Part shown: one piece after another, positions 51,353 to 63,049 of the stretch | Position numbering within the stretch: position 1 is the stretch's first letter | Layout: each line of letters starts with the position of its first letter | DNA from: Chiloscyllium plagiosum | Taxonomy: Eukaryota | Assembly (NCBI RefSeq): GCF_004010195.1 | Contig: NC_057719.1 | Span: 34,387,281 to 34,451,280 of the forward strand | Reading direction: 5' to 3' | Length of the DNA: 64,000 bases | Translations under genes and position numbers: made by a program | Notes under the pieces: model-generated | Told to the model about the DNA's origin: nothing | The model's input: only the letters and a program-made list of their open reading frames with translations | Databases searched by the model: none

Positions 51353-52156
51353 ACGACAAAGGCTACGACAACAGATGAATGGGCACCGCACAACAGTCAA
51401 CAGACAGGAGGGTTCCCTCCCAGTTGGGGAACACTTCAGTGGTCCAGGACATTCAGCCTCGGACCTTCGGGTGACCATNNNNNNNNNNNNNNNNNNNNNN
51501 NNNNNNNNNNNNNNNNNNNNNNNNNNNNNNNNNNNNNNNNNNNNNNNNNNNNNNNNNNNNNNNNNNNNNNNNNNNNNNNNNNNNNNNNNNNNNNNNNNNN
51601 NNNNNNNNNNNNNNNNNNNNNNNNNNNNNNNNNNNNNNNNNNNNNNNNNNNNNNNNNNNNNNNNNNNNNNNNNNNNNNNNNNNNNNNNNNNNNNNNNNNN
51701 NNNNNNNNNNNNNNNNNNNNNNNNNNNNNNNNNNNNNNNNNNNNNNNNNNNNNNNNNNNNNNNNNNNNNNNNNNNNNNNNNNNNNNNNNNNNNNNNNNNN
51801 NNNNNNNNNNNNNNNNNNNNNNNNNNNNNNNNNNNNNNNNNNNNNNNNNNNNNNNNNNNNNNNNNAAAAAAAGGGTTTTGTGATTTACACATGAAAGAAG
51901 TGAAACTATCACTGTATTCTAACAGATGAAAGGCTTAACAGGCGATCAATTTTTCAATGTATAATTTCAGTTAAATCACACTGCAAATTTTTGCTATAAA
52001 TTCTGTGTGTTAGGATTGAGCCCTCCACTATCACCTGATGAAGGAGCGTCGCTCCGAAAGCTAGTGTGCTTCCAATTAAACCTGTTGGACTATAACCTGG
52101 TGTTGTGTGATTTTTAACTTTGTACACCCCAGTCCAACACCAGCATCTCCAAATCA
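51353..52156 (+). mobile_element. 5'-truncated Penelope-like element (GIY-YIG C-terminus plus terminal repeat), 11-bp TSD; spans the N gap 51479-51865
   Basis: LRQQMNGHRTTVNRQEGSLPVGEHFSGPGHSASDLRVT; TSD tgtttcctcct at 51342-51352 and 52157-52167. Confidence 0.88.
52032..52066 (+). ncRNA. Minimal type I hammerhead ribozyme, all core positions intact
   Basis: CAC-CTGATGA-A-GGAGC-GTC-GCTCC-GAAA-G-CTA-GTG: helix I CAC/GTG, 5-bp helix II, palindromic AGCT helix III. Confidence 0.8.
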
Positions 52157-52759
52157 TGTTTCCTCCTGGGAAGAGATAAGCGTACGGCTACACCTAGGTA
52201 GTGGTGAAAGTGCATCACAGAAATCGTGTCTGAGACCAGACATATGTAGACGGGCAGGAGTCTGGAAGAACACAGCAAGCCAGGCTGGTGGAGAAGTTGA
52301 CATTTCAGGTGTAACCCTTCTTTCAGATATATAGATGTAGGCAAAGCGGCTTAACATAAAACACGTAAAGCTGAGATTGAGGTTACCCTTGTGAACATGA
52401 ATGTAACCCTCCTCACATACCTGCCAAGTGATTGTTGTAAAAGGAGGAGAATAAAACCAACTCCACTGATACAGAGATTCTATTTTATCTAAACTAGGTT
52501 CACACAACGACGATGGGATATTCTGCTCTCAATTTATTTTTATAAATTAATTCTGAATCCAATCTGGTTTCAAATCATTCTTTAATTATTCTAACACTTT
52601 AGAGTCTTGTAGAGAATGATGCTGGCTGTAAATATGCGAATGTTAAATATAGTAAAGAAGTTCAATATTGAAAGGCATGCCAAACTAAGAGTGAAAGATT
52701 GCACGCTTAACTGCATGATCTTAAATCTTAGGACATCCTAAAGAAAGCCAAACATTTGT

Positions 52760-53514
52760 CCTAGCTTAAGCACCTATCCATGTACCTATCCAATTGCCGC
52801 TTAAAGGTCACCAATGATTCTGACTCTGCCACTCCCACAGGCAGCGCATTCAATGCCCCCACCACTCTCTGGGTAAAGAACCTACCCCTGACATCCCCCC
52901 TATACCTTCCACCCTTCACCTTAAATTTATGTCCCCTTGTAACACTCTGTTTTAACCGGGGAAAAAGTCTCTGACTGTCTACTCTATCTATTCCCCTGAT
53001 CATCTTATAAACCTCTATCAAGTCACCCCTCATCCTTCGCCGTTCCAATGAGAAAAGGCCCAGCACTCTCAGCCTATCCTCTTACGACCTATTCTCCATT
53101 CCAGGCAACATCCTGGTAAATCTCCTCTGCACCCTCTCCAAAGCTTCCACATCTTTCCTAAAATGAGGCGACCAGAACTGCACACTGTACTCCAAATGTG
53201 GCCTAACCAAGGTCCTGTACAGCTGCAACATCACCTCACAACTCTTGAATTCAATCCCTCTGCTAATGAACACTAATACACCATAGGCCTTCTTACAAAC
53301 TCTATTCACCTGAGTGGCAACTTTCAAAGATCTATAAACATAGACCCCAAGATCCCTCTGCTCCTCCAACTTACTAAGAACCCTACCGTTAAACCTGTAT
53401 TCCGCATTCTTATTTATCCTTCCAAAATGGACAACCTCACACTTGACAGGGTTGAACTCCATCTGCCACTCCTCAGCCCAGCTCTGCATCATATCTAAGC
53501 CCCTTTGCAGCCGA
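52760..53514 (-). mobile_element. Young CR1 RT C-terminus (runs into the N gap 53515-54190)
   Basis: WQMEFNPVKCEVVHFG, LVRPHLEYSVQFWSP and FFTQRVVGA.NALP. Confidence 0.93.
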
Positions 53515-54194
53515 NNNNNNNNNNNNNNNNNNNNNNNNNNNNNNNNNNNNNNNNNNNNNNNNNNNNNNNNNNNNNNNNNNNNNNNNNNNNNNNNNNNNNN
53601 NNNNNNNNNNNNNNNNNNNNNNNNNNNNNNNNNNNNNNNNNNNNNNNNNNNNNNNNNNNNNNNNNNNNNNNNNNNNNNNNNNNNNNNNNNNNNNNNNNNN
53701 NNNNNNNNNNNNNNNNNNNNNNNNNNNNNNNNNNNNNNNNNNNNNNNNNNNNNNNNNNNNNNNNNNNNNNNNNNNNNNNNNNNNNNNNNNNNNNNNNNNN
53801 NNNNNNNNNNNNNNNNNNNNNNNNNNNNNNNNNNNNNNNNNNNNNNNNNNNNNNNNNNNNNNNNNNNNNNNNNNNNNNNNNNNNNNNNNNNNNNNNNNNN
53901 NNNNNNNNNNNNNNNNNNNNNNNNNNNNNNNNNNNNNNNNNNNNNNNNNNNNNNNNNNNNNNNNNNNNNNNNNNNNNNNNNNNNNNNNNNNNNNNNNNNN
54001 NNNNNNNNNNNNNNNNNNNNNNNNNNNNNNNNNNNNNNNNNNNNNNNNNNNNNNNNNNNNNNNNNNNNNNNNNNNNNNNNNNNNNNNNNNNNNNNNNNNN
54101 NNNNNNNNNNNNNNNNNNNNNNNNNNNNNNNNNNNNNNNNNNNNNNNNNNNNNNNNNNNNNNNNNNNNNNNNNNNNNNNNNNNNNNNNNNTTCT

Positions 54195-54565
54195 TGGAAG
54201 AGCAGGGTTGGGATAAAGGTAATAGGTCAGAGAGGAGGGTGGAGTGAATAGGTGGAAAAGAAGATAGGCAGTTAGGACAGGTCATGGTGATGGTGCTGAG
54301 CTGGAAGTTTGGAACTGGGGTGAGGTGGGGGAAGGGGAAATGAGGAAACTGTTAAAGTCCACATTGATGCCCTGGGGTTGAAGTGTTCCGAGGCGGAAGA
54401 TGAGGTGTTCTTCCTCCAGGCGTCTGGTGGTGAGGGAGCGGAGGTGAAGGAGGCCCAGGACCTCCATGTCCTCGGCAGATTGGGAGGGGAGTTGAAATGT
54501 TGGGCCACGGGGCGGTGTGGTTGATTGGTGCGGGTGTCCCGGAGATGTTCTCTAAAGCGCTCTGC
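54195..54565 (-). mobile_element. Penelope-like GIY-YIG C-terminal fragment
   Basis: RFREHLRDTRTNQPHRPVAQHFNSP / RRLEEEHLIFRLGTLQPQGINVDF. Confidence 0.88.
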
Positions 54566-54734
54566 ATCTCCTCTAGCTTACCAGTCTGTTTCATACTCTC
54601 AAAATAGGTGAGATATATCGTGCGCCTTCTATACCAGATGGTCAATCAGACTTCAAATAATATCCAGTTTAACTGCTGGATTTCATTTTAGGCAGGCCCC
54701 TGACTTATCCATGACCTCGGTCATAAATCCAGTG

Positions 54735-54928
54735 GCACAGGTTGTAGTCCAACAGGTTTCTTTGAAATTGCAAGCTTTTGGACTCCAGTCCTTCTTCAGG
54801 TGAAAGCTTGCAATTTCAAATGCTGGAGATCAGAGTTGAGAATGTAGTGCGGGAAAAGCACAGCAGGTCAGGCAGCATCCGAGAAGCAGGAGAATCAATC
54901 TTTCCGGCATAAGCCCTTCATGAGGAAA
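54735..54928 (-). mobile_element. Two adjacent PLE terminal-repeat fragments with hammerhead remnants
   Basis: Hairpin tttgaaattgcaagcttt...aaagcttgcaatttcaaa enclosing minus-strand CTGAAGA-A-GGAC-TGGA-GTCC-AAAA-GCTT; a second pLTR lies at 54820-54928. Confidence 0.7.
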
Positions 54929-55399
54929 GCTTCCTAGCTGTGGTGAACCCTGCTCCCAACCTGGTTTTCAGGTAAGTTAGATTGTGGTTCTGGAACACAT
55001 CCGGATGCAGTTTTCTTTTAACTACCCAACCAACTTGTCACACTGGCATAAAATTGGGGCTACAAAATTATATAACAAAAGACTTTTACCAGAAGGGGTA
55101 GGAAAGATCTACCTTAATAGTTAGGAAAAGTTACATCTATAACGCTACACCTTGGATAAGTTTTAATAACCAATACAAGGGGCAGTATAAATGCAACTTT
55201 CTTTCTTCCATATTTTAATGAATATTAAATGTATTTGTATGAAAGGAAAATAAAGTCCTCGAGAAGTCAGGTCTCAAGAAGTTAACCTGTTAATGTGATT
55301 TAAGTACTTATGAATCTTTAACCTGGCCAAACTCTTCAGTACATAAGATATAATTCACTTCATTGCCCTGAACCAGAATTTGATAGTACAAGATTAAGG

Positions 55400-55727
55400 T
55401 GACAGGTATGAAACTTGCTAATTGCAGACAACTGCTTTTGTTTCATATCTTTTAGCAGGACTTTATGACTTGCTTCTTCTGAAACAAAGCACATGAATGC
55501 CATCACCCTGAAAGCCATCTGCTTCTATCGTCAATTTTCCAGGTTAAATGGCTTATCATGAACTTGTGTAAAGTCAACAAATGAATGATTTGGAATGCAA
55601 AATGCAGACATGCCATTTCACAAGAGAACCCTTTGCATTTCAAAGACCATATTCCATAAAGGTGTATGCAGAATGAATACTGAAATTTCTGTCATTTAAT
55701 AAAGACAATCTTATAATAGAAAGGGAC
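55400..55727 (-). pseudogene. Candidate exon remnant (boundaries uncertain)
   Basis: Disrupted frames with GMSAFCIPNHSFVDF and GKLTIEADGF. Confidence 0.3.
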
Positions 55728-56334
55728 CTATATCACAATGTAATGCATATATCTGCATGTTTGGACACTTATTTACAATTACTTGTTGTCCTGTAAGGTC
55801 TTCACCACAAAATAATTTGTTTCTTGTGATTATTAACTTTAAATAACATTTTAATATATTTTTAAAGCAAGGTTGAACTCTATTTCAACATTAGGTCAAC
55901 TCTGATTTTGTGGTAAGCAGAAACACACAGTAAACTTTGAACAACAAATATTCATGAACAATGTTTGTGAGATAAAAAAAATTAAACCCCAGATCAGTTA
56001 CTAGAAATGTTGTTTAAACATCGCCATTTAGTAAAGGAAGATCAAACACAAGAAACTTAACAGATTCTTTGACAGCGTTATCCCTTTTAAACAACTGCCT
56101 TGCTTGATGTCAAGTGTTCAAGATTGCATGTAACTAGCTGCTCTAGTTCAATTTCTGTGTTAAGCTGTGATGTTCCTGTTATGGAATAAATCCCAGGCTA
56201 CACAAGCACTGTCATCTCACAGCAGGTGATGCTCTATAATAAAGGTACGCAATTTACTTTCAGCTTTTGTTTCTGTGCAATGGCACCAGTGTGTGTATTA
56301 TACAACAACATCAGTAACACTGAAGTGTTATTTT

Positions 56335-58880
56335 CATTCCTCTCTGGTCATGGGGAAAGTGCCAGAGGGCTGGAGAATGGCAAATGTGATTCCACTTTTG
56401 AAGAAGGGTGGTAGAGATGAACCAGGTCATGACAGAGCAGGAGTTTCAAGTCAGTGGTAGGGAAACTATTGGAGAAAATGCTGAAGGAGCGAATTAATAC
56501 CCACTTGGAAAGACATGGGTTATATAAGGTTGGTCGACAGGACTTTATCAGAGGGAGGTCATGCCTGACACATTTGTTAGAAATTTTTGAAAATGTGATC
56601 ACATTTGTGGATGAGGAAAATTCAGTTGATGTAGTTTGTAGGGATTTTAGCAAAACTTTTGACAAGGTCTCAGATGGGATACTAATTGAGATAGATGAAG
56701 AACATGAAATTGAGTAAAACCTAGCAAGATGCATCAGAAACTGGCTTAGAAACAAGACACAAAAAGTAGTGGTAGAAGGCTGTTTGACTGACTGGAGGCC
56801 AGTGTCCAGCCGTGTACAATGAGGATCAATATTGAGACCCTTATGATTTGTTTTCAACATAAATGATATAGATGAAAATGCAGGGGAATGTTAAGCAAAT
56901 TTGCAGATGACACAAAAATTGGGAGCGTCGTTAATAGTGCAAAAGATGGTTGTGGCTCCAGGGAGATATAGATAGGTTGGTGAGATGGACAGACCAGTGG
57001 CAGATGGTACTTAACCATCTGAATAGTACAAGATGAAGAAGAAACAAAATGAGTGAGTATTTAATGAATGGCAGTATACTGGGTAGCTTACAGGAACAGA
57101 GGGATCTTGGGGTAATTATTCTCAGATCCCTGAAGTCAGTAGAGCATGTGAATAAGATAGTTAAGAAGGCATGTGGGATAGTTTCTTTCATCAGTCATGA
57201 CATAAAGTATAAGAGCAAGGAGGCAATGTTGGAGTTGTACAGAGCATTGGTCAGGCCACAACTGGAATACTGTTTGCAGTTCTGGTCACCTCACTACATG
57301 AAGAATGTGATAGCACTAGAGTGGCTACAGAAGAGATTCACCAGGATGTTGCCTGGGATGGAGAAAATGAGTCGAAGAGTCAGATCTCCAGCAGCTGCAG
57401 TCCTCACTTTCTCCATGGAGAAATTGAGCTATAAGAAGAGATTAGATAGGCTTAGATTGTTTTCTTTAGAGCAGAGAAGACTGAGGGAGGACATGATTGA
57501 GGTCTATAAGATTATTACAGGTATTGACAGGGTGAATAGAGAGCAGTTGTGCCCCTTAGCTGAGGGTTAGTCATATTAAAGGCATAGCTTTAGGGTAAGG
57601 GGTAGGAGATTCAGAGGAGATTTTGGAAAATCTGGGATGCACTGCCCGGGAAGGTGGAGGCTGGAAACCTTACAACCTTTAAAAAATATTTGGATGAGCA
57701 CTTCATATATCATAGCATTCAAGGACATAGGACAGGTGCAGGAAATTGGGATTATTGCACCTTTAGTAGTAATGATACTGATGCAGATTCCTTGGGCTGA
57801 AGCAGCAAATTACTGCAGATGTTGGAATCTGTACTGAAAACAACAAATGCTGGAGGTCACAGCAGGTCAGACAGCATCCATGGAGAGAGAGAGAGAGAGA
57901 GGGCAAGCTAATATTTTGAATCTAGATGACTCTTCATCAGAGCTGGTGGAGGGCGGAGGGGACAGCACTTATGCTATAGTTTGTGGGGTGGGAGAGATAG
58001 TGGCTATCTGGTGAAGAAAAGATGCTGATAGTTCAGATTGAGTGATCGGAATTTGAGAATGGCAGAACAATGGTGTGTCTAACTACCAGACTTGAAAGGA
58101 CTGACCCTGGGATGGGGGGGAAGGAAGAAAGAGGACATGATAACAGAATGTAACAAGTTAAAAGAAAGGGAAGAAATGAGAGTTTGTTCATAATTTAAAG
58201 GTGTTGAACTCAATGTTAAGTTCAGAAAGCTATAAAGTGCCGAGTCTAGACTTCCACTCGGTATGCAAACAGGACCCTAAGCTTCCTGTAGCTGGTCATT
58301 TTAACACATTGTCCTGGTCACATGCCCACATATCTGTCCTCAGCCTGCTGCAGTGTTCCAGTGATTCACAGCACAAACTGGAGGAACAACATCTCATCTT
58401 CAGACTAGGCACTTCACAGCCTTGTGGCCTTAATATTGAGTTCAACACCTTCAAATTATGAGCCCACTCCCATTTCTTTCCTTTCTTTTAGCTTGTTACA
58501 TTCTCTGTCATCACATCCTCTCTCCCCTCCCCACACCCCAGTGAGATTGTGTGTCCTTGCCAGTCTGGGAGGTAGACACATCATTGTTCTGTCATTCTCA
58601 CATTCCGATTACTCAATCTGCACTATCAACATCTTTTTACCACCGGCAGTCTACACCCACTACCCCCAGCCCCCCAACACCCCAACCCCAACTATAGCAC
58701 AAATGCTGTCCCCTACACACTTCGCTTCAGCTCTGATGAAGAGTCATCTCAAATCAAAACTTTAGCTTGCTCTCTGTCCACAGATGCTGTCTGACGCATG
58801 TGATCTCCAGCATTTGTTGTTTTCGCCTTGGGTTGAAGGGCCTTTTCCATGCTATACAAATTGGTGAATCTATGAATTTG
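56335..58880 (+). mobile_element. CR1 RT and 3' end with two nested PLE-derived inserts
   Basis: VPEGWRMANVIPL.KKG, GRSCLTHL, DFSKTFDKV and LEYCLQFWSPH. A small insert at 57372-57414 has duplicated atggagaaa.tgag. The tail resumes at 58826. Confidence 0.9.
57803..58825. mobile_element. PLE derivative with inverted terminal repeats, GIY-YIG remnant and 13-bp TSD
   Basis: Inverted ends 57835-57945 and 58728-58824; LPVAGHFN...HKLEEQHLIFRLGTSQP.GLNIEF; TSD ccttggg(c/t)tgaag at 57790-57802 and 58826-58838. Confidence 0.85.
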
Positions 58881-60102
58881 GTGATATTGTAGCATTGTAA
58901 ATGGTTATTGTGTGAATAAACCAAGGCATTTGTCTCATAAGAATTTTAAGCAGTGTGTGTTACGCGGACCATTGCATGGTTCAACCGTAAATCACATCAT
59001 GGTGGCAATTTGCAGACAGTAAAAGCTAGTCGTGACGGCTGTTTAGTGGCAGCAAATGATTTTCATGGTTCTAAAGGCAACAACAGTGTGCCAGTAGCAA
59101 AACATTGGCAACAGTCATTCATCTAATTGTCCAACGTCAGAGCTGAATACAGCTGAAACCAAGACTAATGTGCTACAAGCAAGACTAAAGTACTACATAC
59201 CTGCACTGAAACTCAGTAGGTGCTCTCCCTCTCTCTACAAAAAAGTGTAAATTTTAAAGATACTGAAAGGACAGTAGCAGACTGCAAAGAAAATCATTCT
59301 TCAAATTTACACAAAGGATAAAAGTGGATGTTCTATGTTAAAAAGGTTTATCTATACAAGGCCATTAGCTGGTTCTACCATCTTGCCTGGACAAAAAGGC
59401 ACAAAAACAAAGCAAAAAGACAGATGTGATTATCACAACTCATTCGTTATCGATGTGAGTCTCCTTATAGGCACAAGCCTGCAATTATTAAAGCTGCAAT
59501 AACACAAAACAAACATCTTCCAACTTACACTTTTAAGGTTACACCAACAAGAAAAGAGAAGATAATTACATTAAAGCCAAGAAAAACAATCAAGAAAACA
59601 TTACCCCACAACATAGATTTTTGTTTGGAAGTTTTCTAGAGAGTGTAAAGCTACAAAAGAAAAACAGAAAGCAAACAATTGAGCAATGAGTAACACACTT
59701 GGACATGTTGTCAGAACGTCAGTATGTTAAAGAAAAATCACCTTACTGTCTAGATCAGTAAAAAAATTGATGAAGAATAATACGTAATCAAATTTCTTCT
59801 TGCTTTGGCACTGAAGGATTAAGAATCCTGTAGTAATGACTTCAAAGACCCTGAAAAATTACTTAGATTTATGACATCATCTTAATGTCCAAATCAATTT
59901 CAGGATACATAGGCTTGAGTTCATGTCAAAGCAGCGACAATGAGGTGAAACAATCAACCAATTCATATTCAGGTCCATGCAAAGGTATGGAATATGATTT
60001 CACAGAAGCTAACTTAACTGAAAACCTATGGAACTGGCCATTGCCTCTACATCCAACACATCCATCAGAAAGGCACTTCTGGAGATGCCTAAGGAACATA
60101 GG

Positions 60103-60935
60103 AAGCATGCTCAGTAAGTTTGCGGATGACACCGAAATTGGTGACAGTGGAGAAAGTTTCCTAAGAGTTCAAAGAGATCTTGATCAACTAGGCCAATGGA
60201 CCGAGGAGTGGCAGATGGAGTTTGATTTAAATAAATATAAGGTGTTGTATTCTGGTAAGACAAACTAGTGCAGGACATATACAATTAATTACAAGGCGCG
60301 AGAAAGTGTTATTGAATAAACAGACCTAGGGGTTCAGATACATAATTCATTGCAGATGGTGTCACAGGCAGACAGTGTATTGAAGAAGGCATTTGGTATG
60401 CTTGCCTTCATTGGTCAGTGCACTGAGTATAGGATATTGGTGAGGCCACCTTTAGAGTTTGCATATAGTGCTTGACATCCTGGTATAGGAAGGACGTTAT
60501 TAAACTGGAAAGTTTGCAAAATAAGATTTACAATGATGTTACCAAGACTGGAGGGTTTGAATTATAAGGAGGGGCTTGTTTCCCTTGAGTGTAGGAGGTC
60601 ACGGGGTGAGGTGCATAGCAAAGGTCTTTTCCCTAGTATAGGGGAGTTAAAAACTAAAGGACATAGGTTTAAGGCGAGAGGAAAAAGATTTAAAAGGCAT
60701 CTGAGGGGCAACTTTTTCAGAAAGAGAGTGTTGCATATATGGAATGAGCTACCAGCAGAAGTGGTAGAGGCAGGTACAGTTACAATATTTAAAATACATT
60801 TGGACAGGTACTTGTGTAGGAAAGGTTTAGAGGGATATGGGCCAAATGTAGGCAAATGGGACTAGCTTGAAAACCTGGTCGGCAAGAATGAGTTGAACCA
60901 AAGGGTCTGTTTCTGTGCTGTGTGAATCTATGTCT
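60103..60935 (+). mobile_element. CR1 3' fragment inserted in Gypsy gag
   Basis: SKFADDTEIG, WQMEFD and FFRKRVLHIWNELP. Confidence 0.9.
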
Positions 60936-61991
60936 GTATGTTTGAATCAATATGTGCAGTGAAACATCCAAATGTGGATTGCCTCATCCACAATTGCATA
61001 TTGTGAGCAAGCTATATTCCAGGAGGGGTTAAAATATATAGGAAACCTGATTGCCCAGTGAAAACCCAATGTACACGAACATGACTTACAGTAAAATATG
61101 AAGAAGAACTAACCAAGGTACAATGCCAAAGGGGCTTGCAAAGTTCCATTCATGATACATCAATGAAGTCCAGGAGGTAACTGTAAGCAGACAGCCCACA
61201 AATTTCAGGCAAACAGTAAATGTGGTAAACTTGGCAAACAGCATAAAAGCTGAAAAACTGAAGCCTTTAGCCCAATATGTACTCCAAATGGAATGAACAA
61301 CATGCACTATAATCCAGGTTAATATTAGTACAAGGACAATTATGTCTTAATTGGTTTTGCATGTGCCAGGAACCCTGCATAATGGGGCAAGGTCTGCTGA
61401 AGGTAAGCTGACAGCTTACAATGGATATGACATCAGATAGAATGGTATTATCCACCTGAAATGCCAATACGATTCTTCGAGAAAAGGACATCTGAAAGCT
61501 TTGCGTCATTAAAGCATCTATTATTAATCTGTCAGCGTGCATGGATCGACATATTATTACAGTAATAAATCTGTCGATTGTAATACCAAAGATTTCAGAG
61601 CACAACGTCAATCTCATACATTTTGGCCTCAGCGAAGCAGAGCAGATACAGCAAACTAATGTGGATGCTGATCAGATGCAATTGCTCAAGAGGATCATCT
61701 TCAACAGAGAGCCTGAATGCATCCAACAGGACCCTGAGCAAGTCTGTTCTTTCTGACCATTCAGAGACAAACTAGATATCTCCAAGAATTTTTTGATATA
61801 ATATCATATCATCTTCAAAGGTAAACAAGTCATAATTCCACAAGCTCCACATTAGCATGTGCATGTAAACCATATGGATACAAAAAAAACACCAGAGATT
61901 GGCTCATGAATTCACATCAATAAAGACATCAATCAGCTAAAACAAGTTGCGCAAAATGTCAATCTTATCAACCTCAATATTCAAGAGAAAC

Positions 61992-62318
61992 GACCACTAG
62001 GACTCATAACAGCACACAAACCAACAGCCACTCTCAGACAACAACTCACCAGGACGAAGGACCCGATACCCAGCAAAACCAACGTAGTGTACAAACTCCC
62101 ATGCAAGGACGGCACAAAACACTACATAGGACAAACAGGAAGACAGCTAATGATCAGCTGGAATGGACAACCGGAAGCGGCAGAGACAAACCACTATAAA
62201 TGCCGGAGGAAACATCACAGAAGCGCTTCACAGGAGGCTCCCAAGCACTGAGGATGTCACCTAGACAGGGGACGAAACATCTGCAACACAAATTCCCAGT
62301 TCGGCGAACAGAACCACA
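61992..62318 (+). mobile_element. Internally deleted Penelope-like element inserted in Gypsy integrase, 6-bp TSD
   Basis: HKPTATLRQQLTRTKDPIP..NVVYKLPCKD..KHYIGQTGRQL (GIY-YIG signature); TSD agaaac at 61986-61991 and 62319-62324. Confidence 0.88.
62245..62285 (+). ncRNA. Hammerhead ribozyme motif with long helix II
   Basis: GCA-CTGAGGA-T-GTCACCT-AGAC-AGGGGAC-GAAAC-ATC-TGC; helix I GCA/TGC; probable CpG decay at the GTC triplet. Confidence 0.65.
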
Positions 62319-63049
62319 AGAAACTCTCCTTCCACAAGTGCTTCTTTCTGAGCCACAGTGCAATATTGTCACTGATATTTTCAATGTCCAAGGACTCAGT
62401 TATATTCTGATAACTGACTATTTCATAAAATTCCCCTTATTACAACAAATCAAGGATGCCACATATGCAATAGTTGTTGATACATTGGCTTCCACATTCT
62501 TGTTAGGCCTTATAGCGAGAAACTTTCCATGAAACACAACGAAACTTGGACTGGGCCAAAATATCATAAGATTCAGCCGAATATATCTAAATGTATGTTT
62601 GTACATTTTATCAGTAAAGCGTTCTCATTCTTTAAAAGGAAAACGGGATGTTGTATGATGGCATGAATATTAGACCACACTGGCACGATGCTTTTAAGAC
62701 AGTTATGCCACCTGATGTTCCAGTGTAAATATGCCTGCGTTTTCTTCAGACATGTTCTTTCTGTAGTTCAGTCAGTGTAGTCAGTCAGTTGTTTACATAA
62801 TGAACAGCAATGTCAGTAAACACTGAACCCAAACGATATGTGTAAGTTTGTGACGTTGTTGCCTTGTAATTAGTCAATGTTGTAAATAAACTTAAAAACA
62901 TCTGACTTACAAGACTCTGACTCGTTGTAGTATACATTATGTGGGCTAAGGTTTAGAAAAAAAACCACATCAGTTCTAGGTAAAAGGAAACCAACAATAA
63001 GTTAATCTATTCATAATAAACTAAAGTCAAAAATAGCAACACAGTATCT

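Larger units (their letters stand above)
59800..62939 (+). mobile_element. Degenerate Ty3/Gypsy LTR retrotransposon (gag, protease and integrase remnants, PPT and 3' LTR)
   Basis: gag RLEFM..Q.*GETINQFI; knuckle KCGLPH; protease AYNGYDI; integrase F*PFRDKL, IIFKGKQVIIP, H.NHM..C.KCQ and IVTDIF..QG..YILITDYF.KFP; purine tract aaaaggaaaacggga then TGTTGTATG LTR 62649-~62939 with aataaa. Confidence 0.75.

Noticed and set aside
5415..54285. ORFs containing X runs
   Set aside because: Artefacts of the N gaps at 5726-6225, 7749-8305, 51479-51865 and 53515-54190.
58880..59010. 5' LTR and PBS (acatca-tggtggca) of the Gypsy element
   Set aside because: No visible similarity to the 3' LTR at 62649-62939; left unassigned.
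59740..60100. Additional minus-strand pseudo-exon
   Set aside because: Better explained by a plus-strand Gypsy gag remnant.
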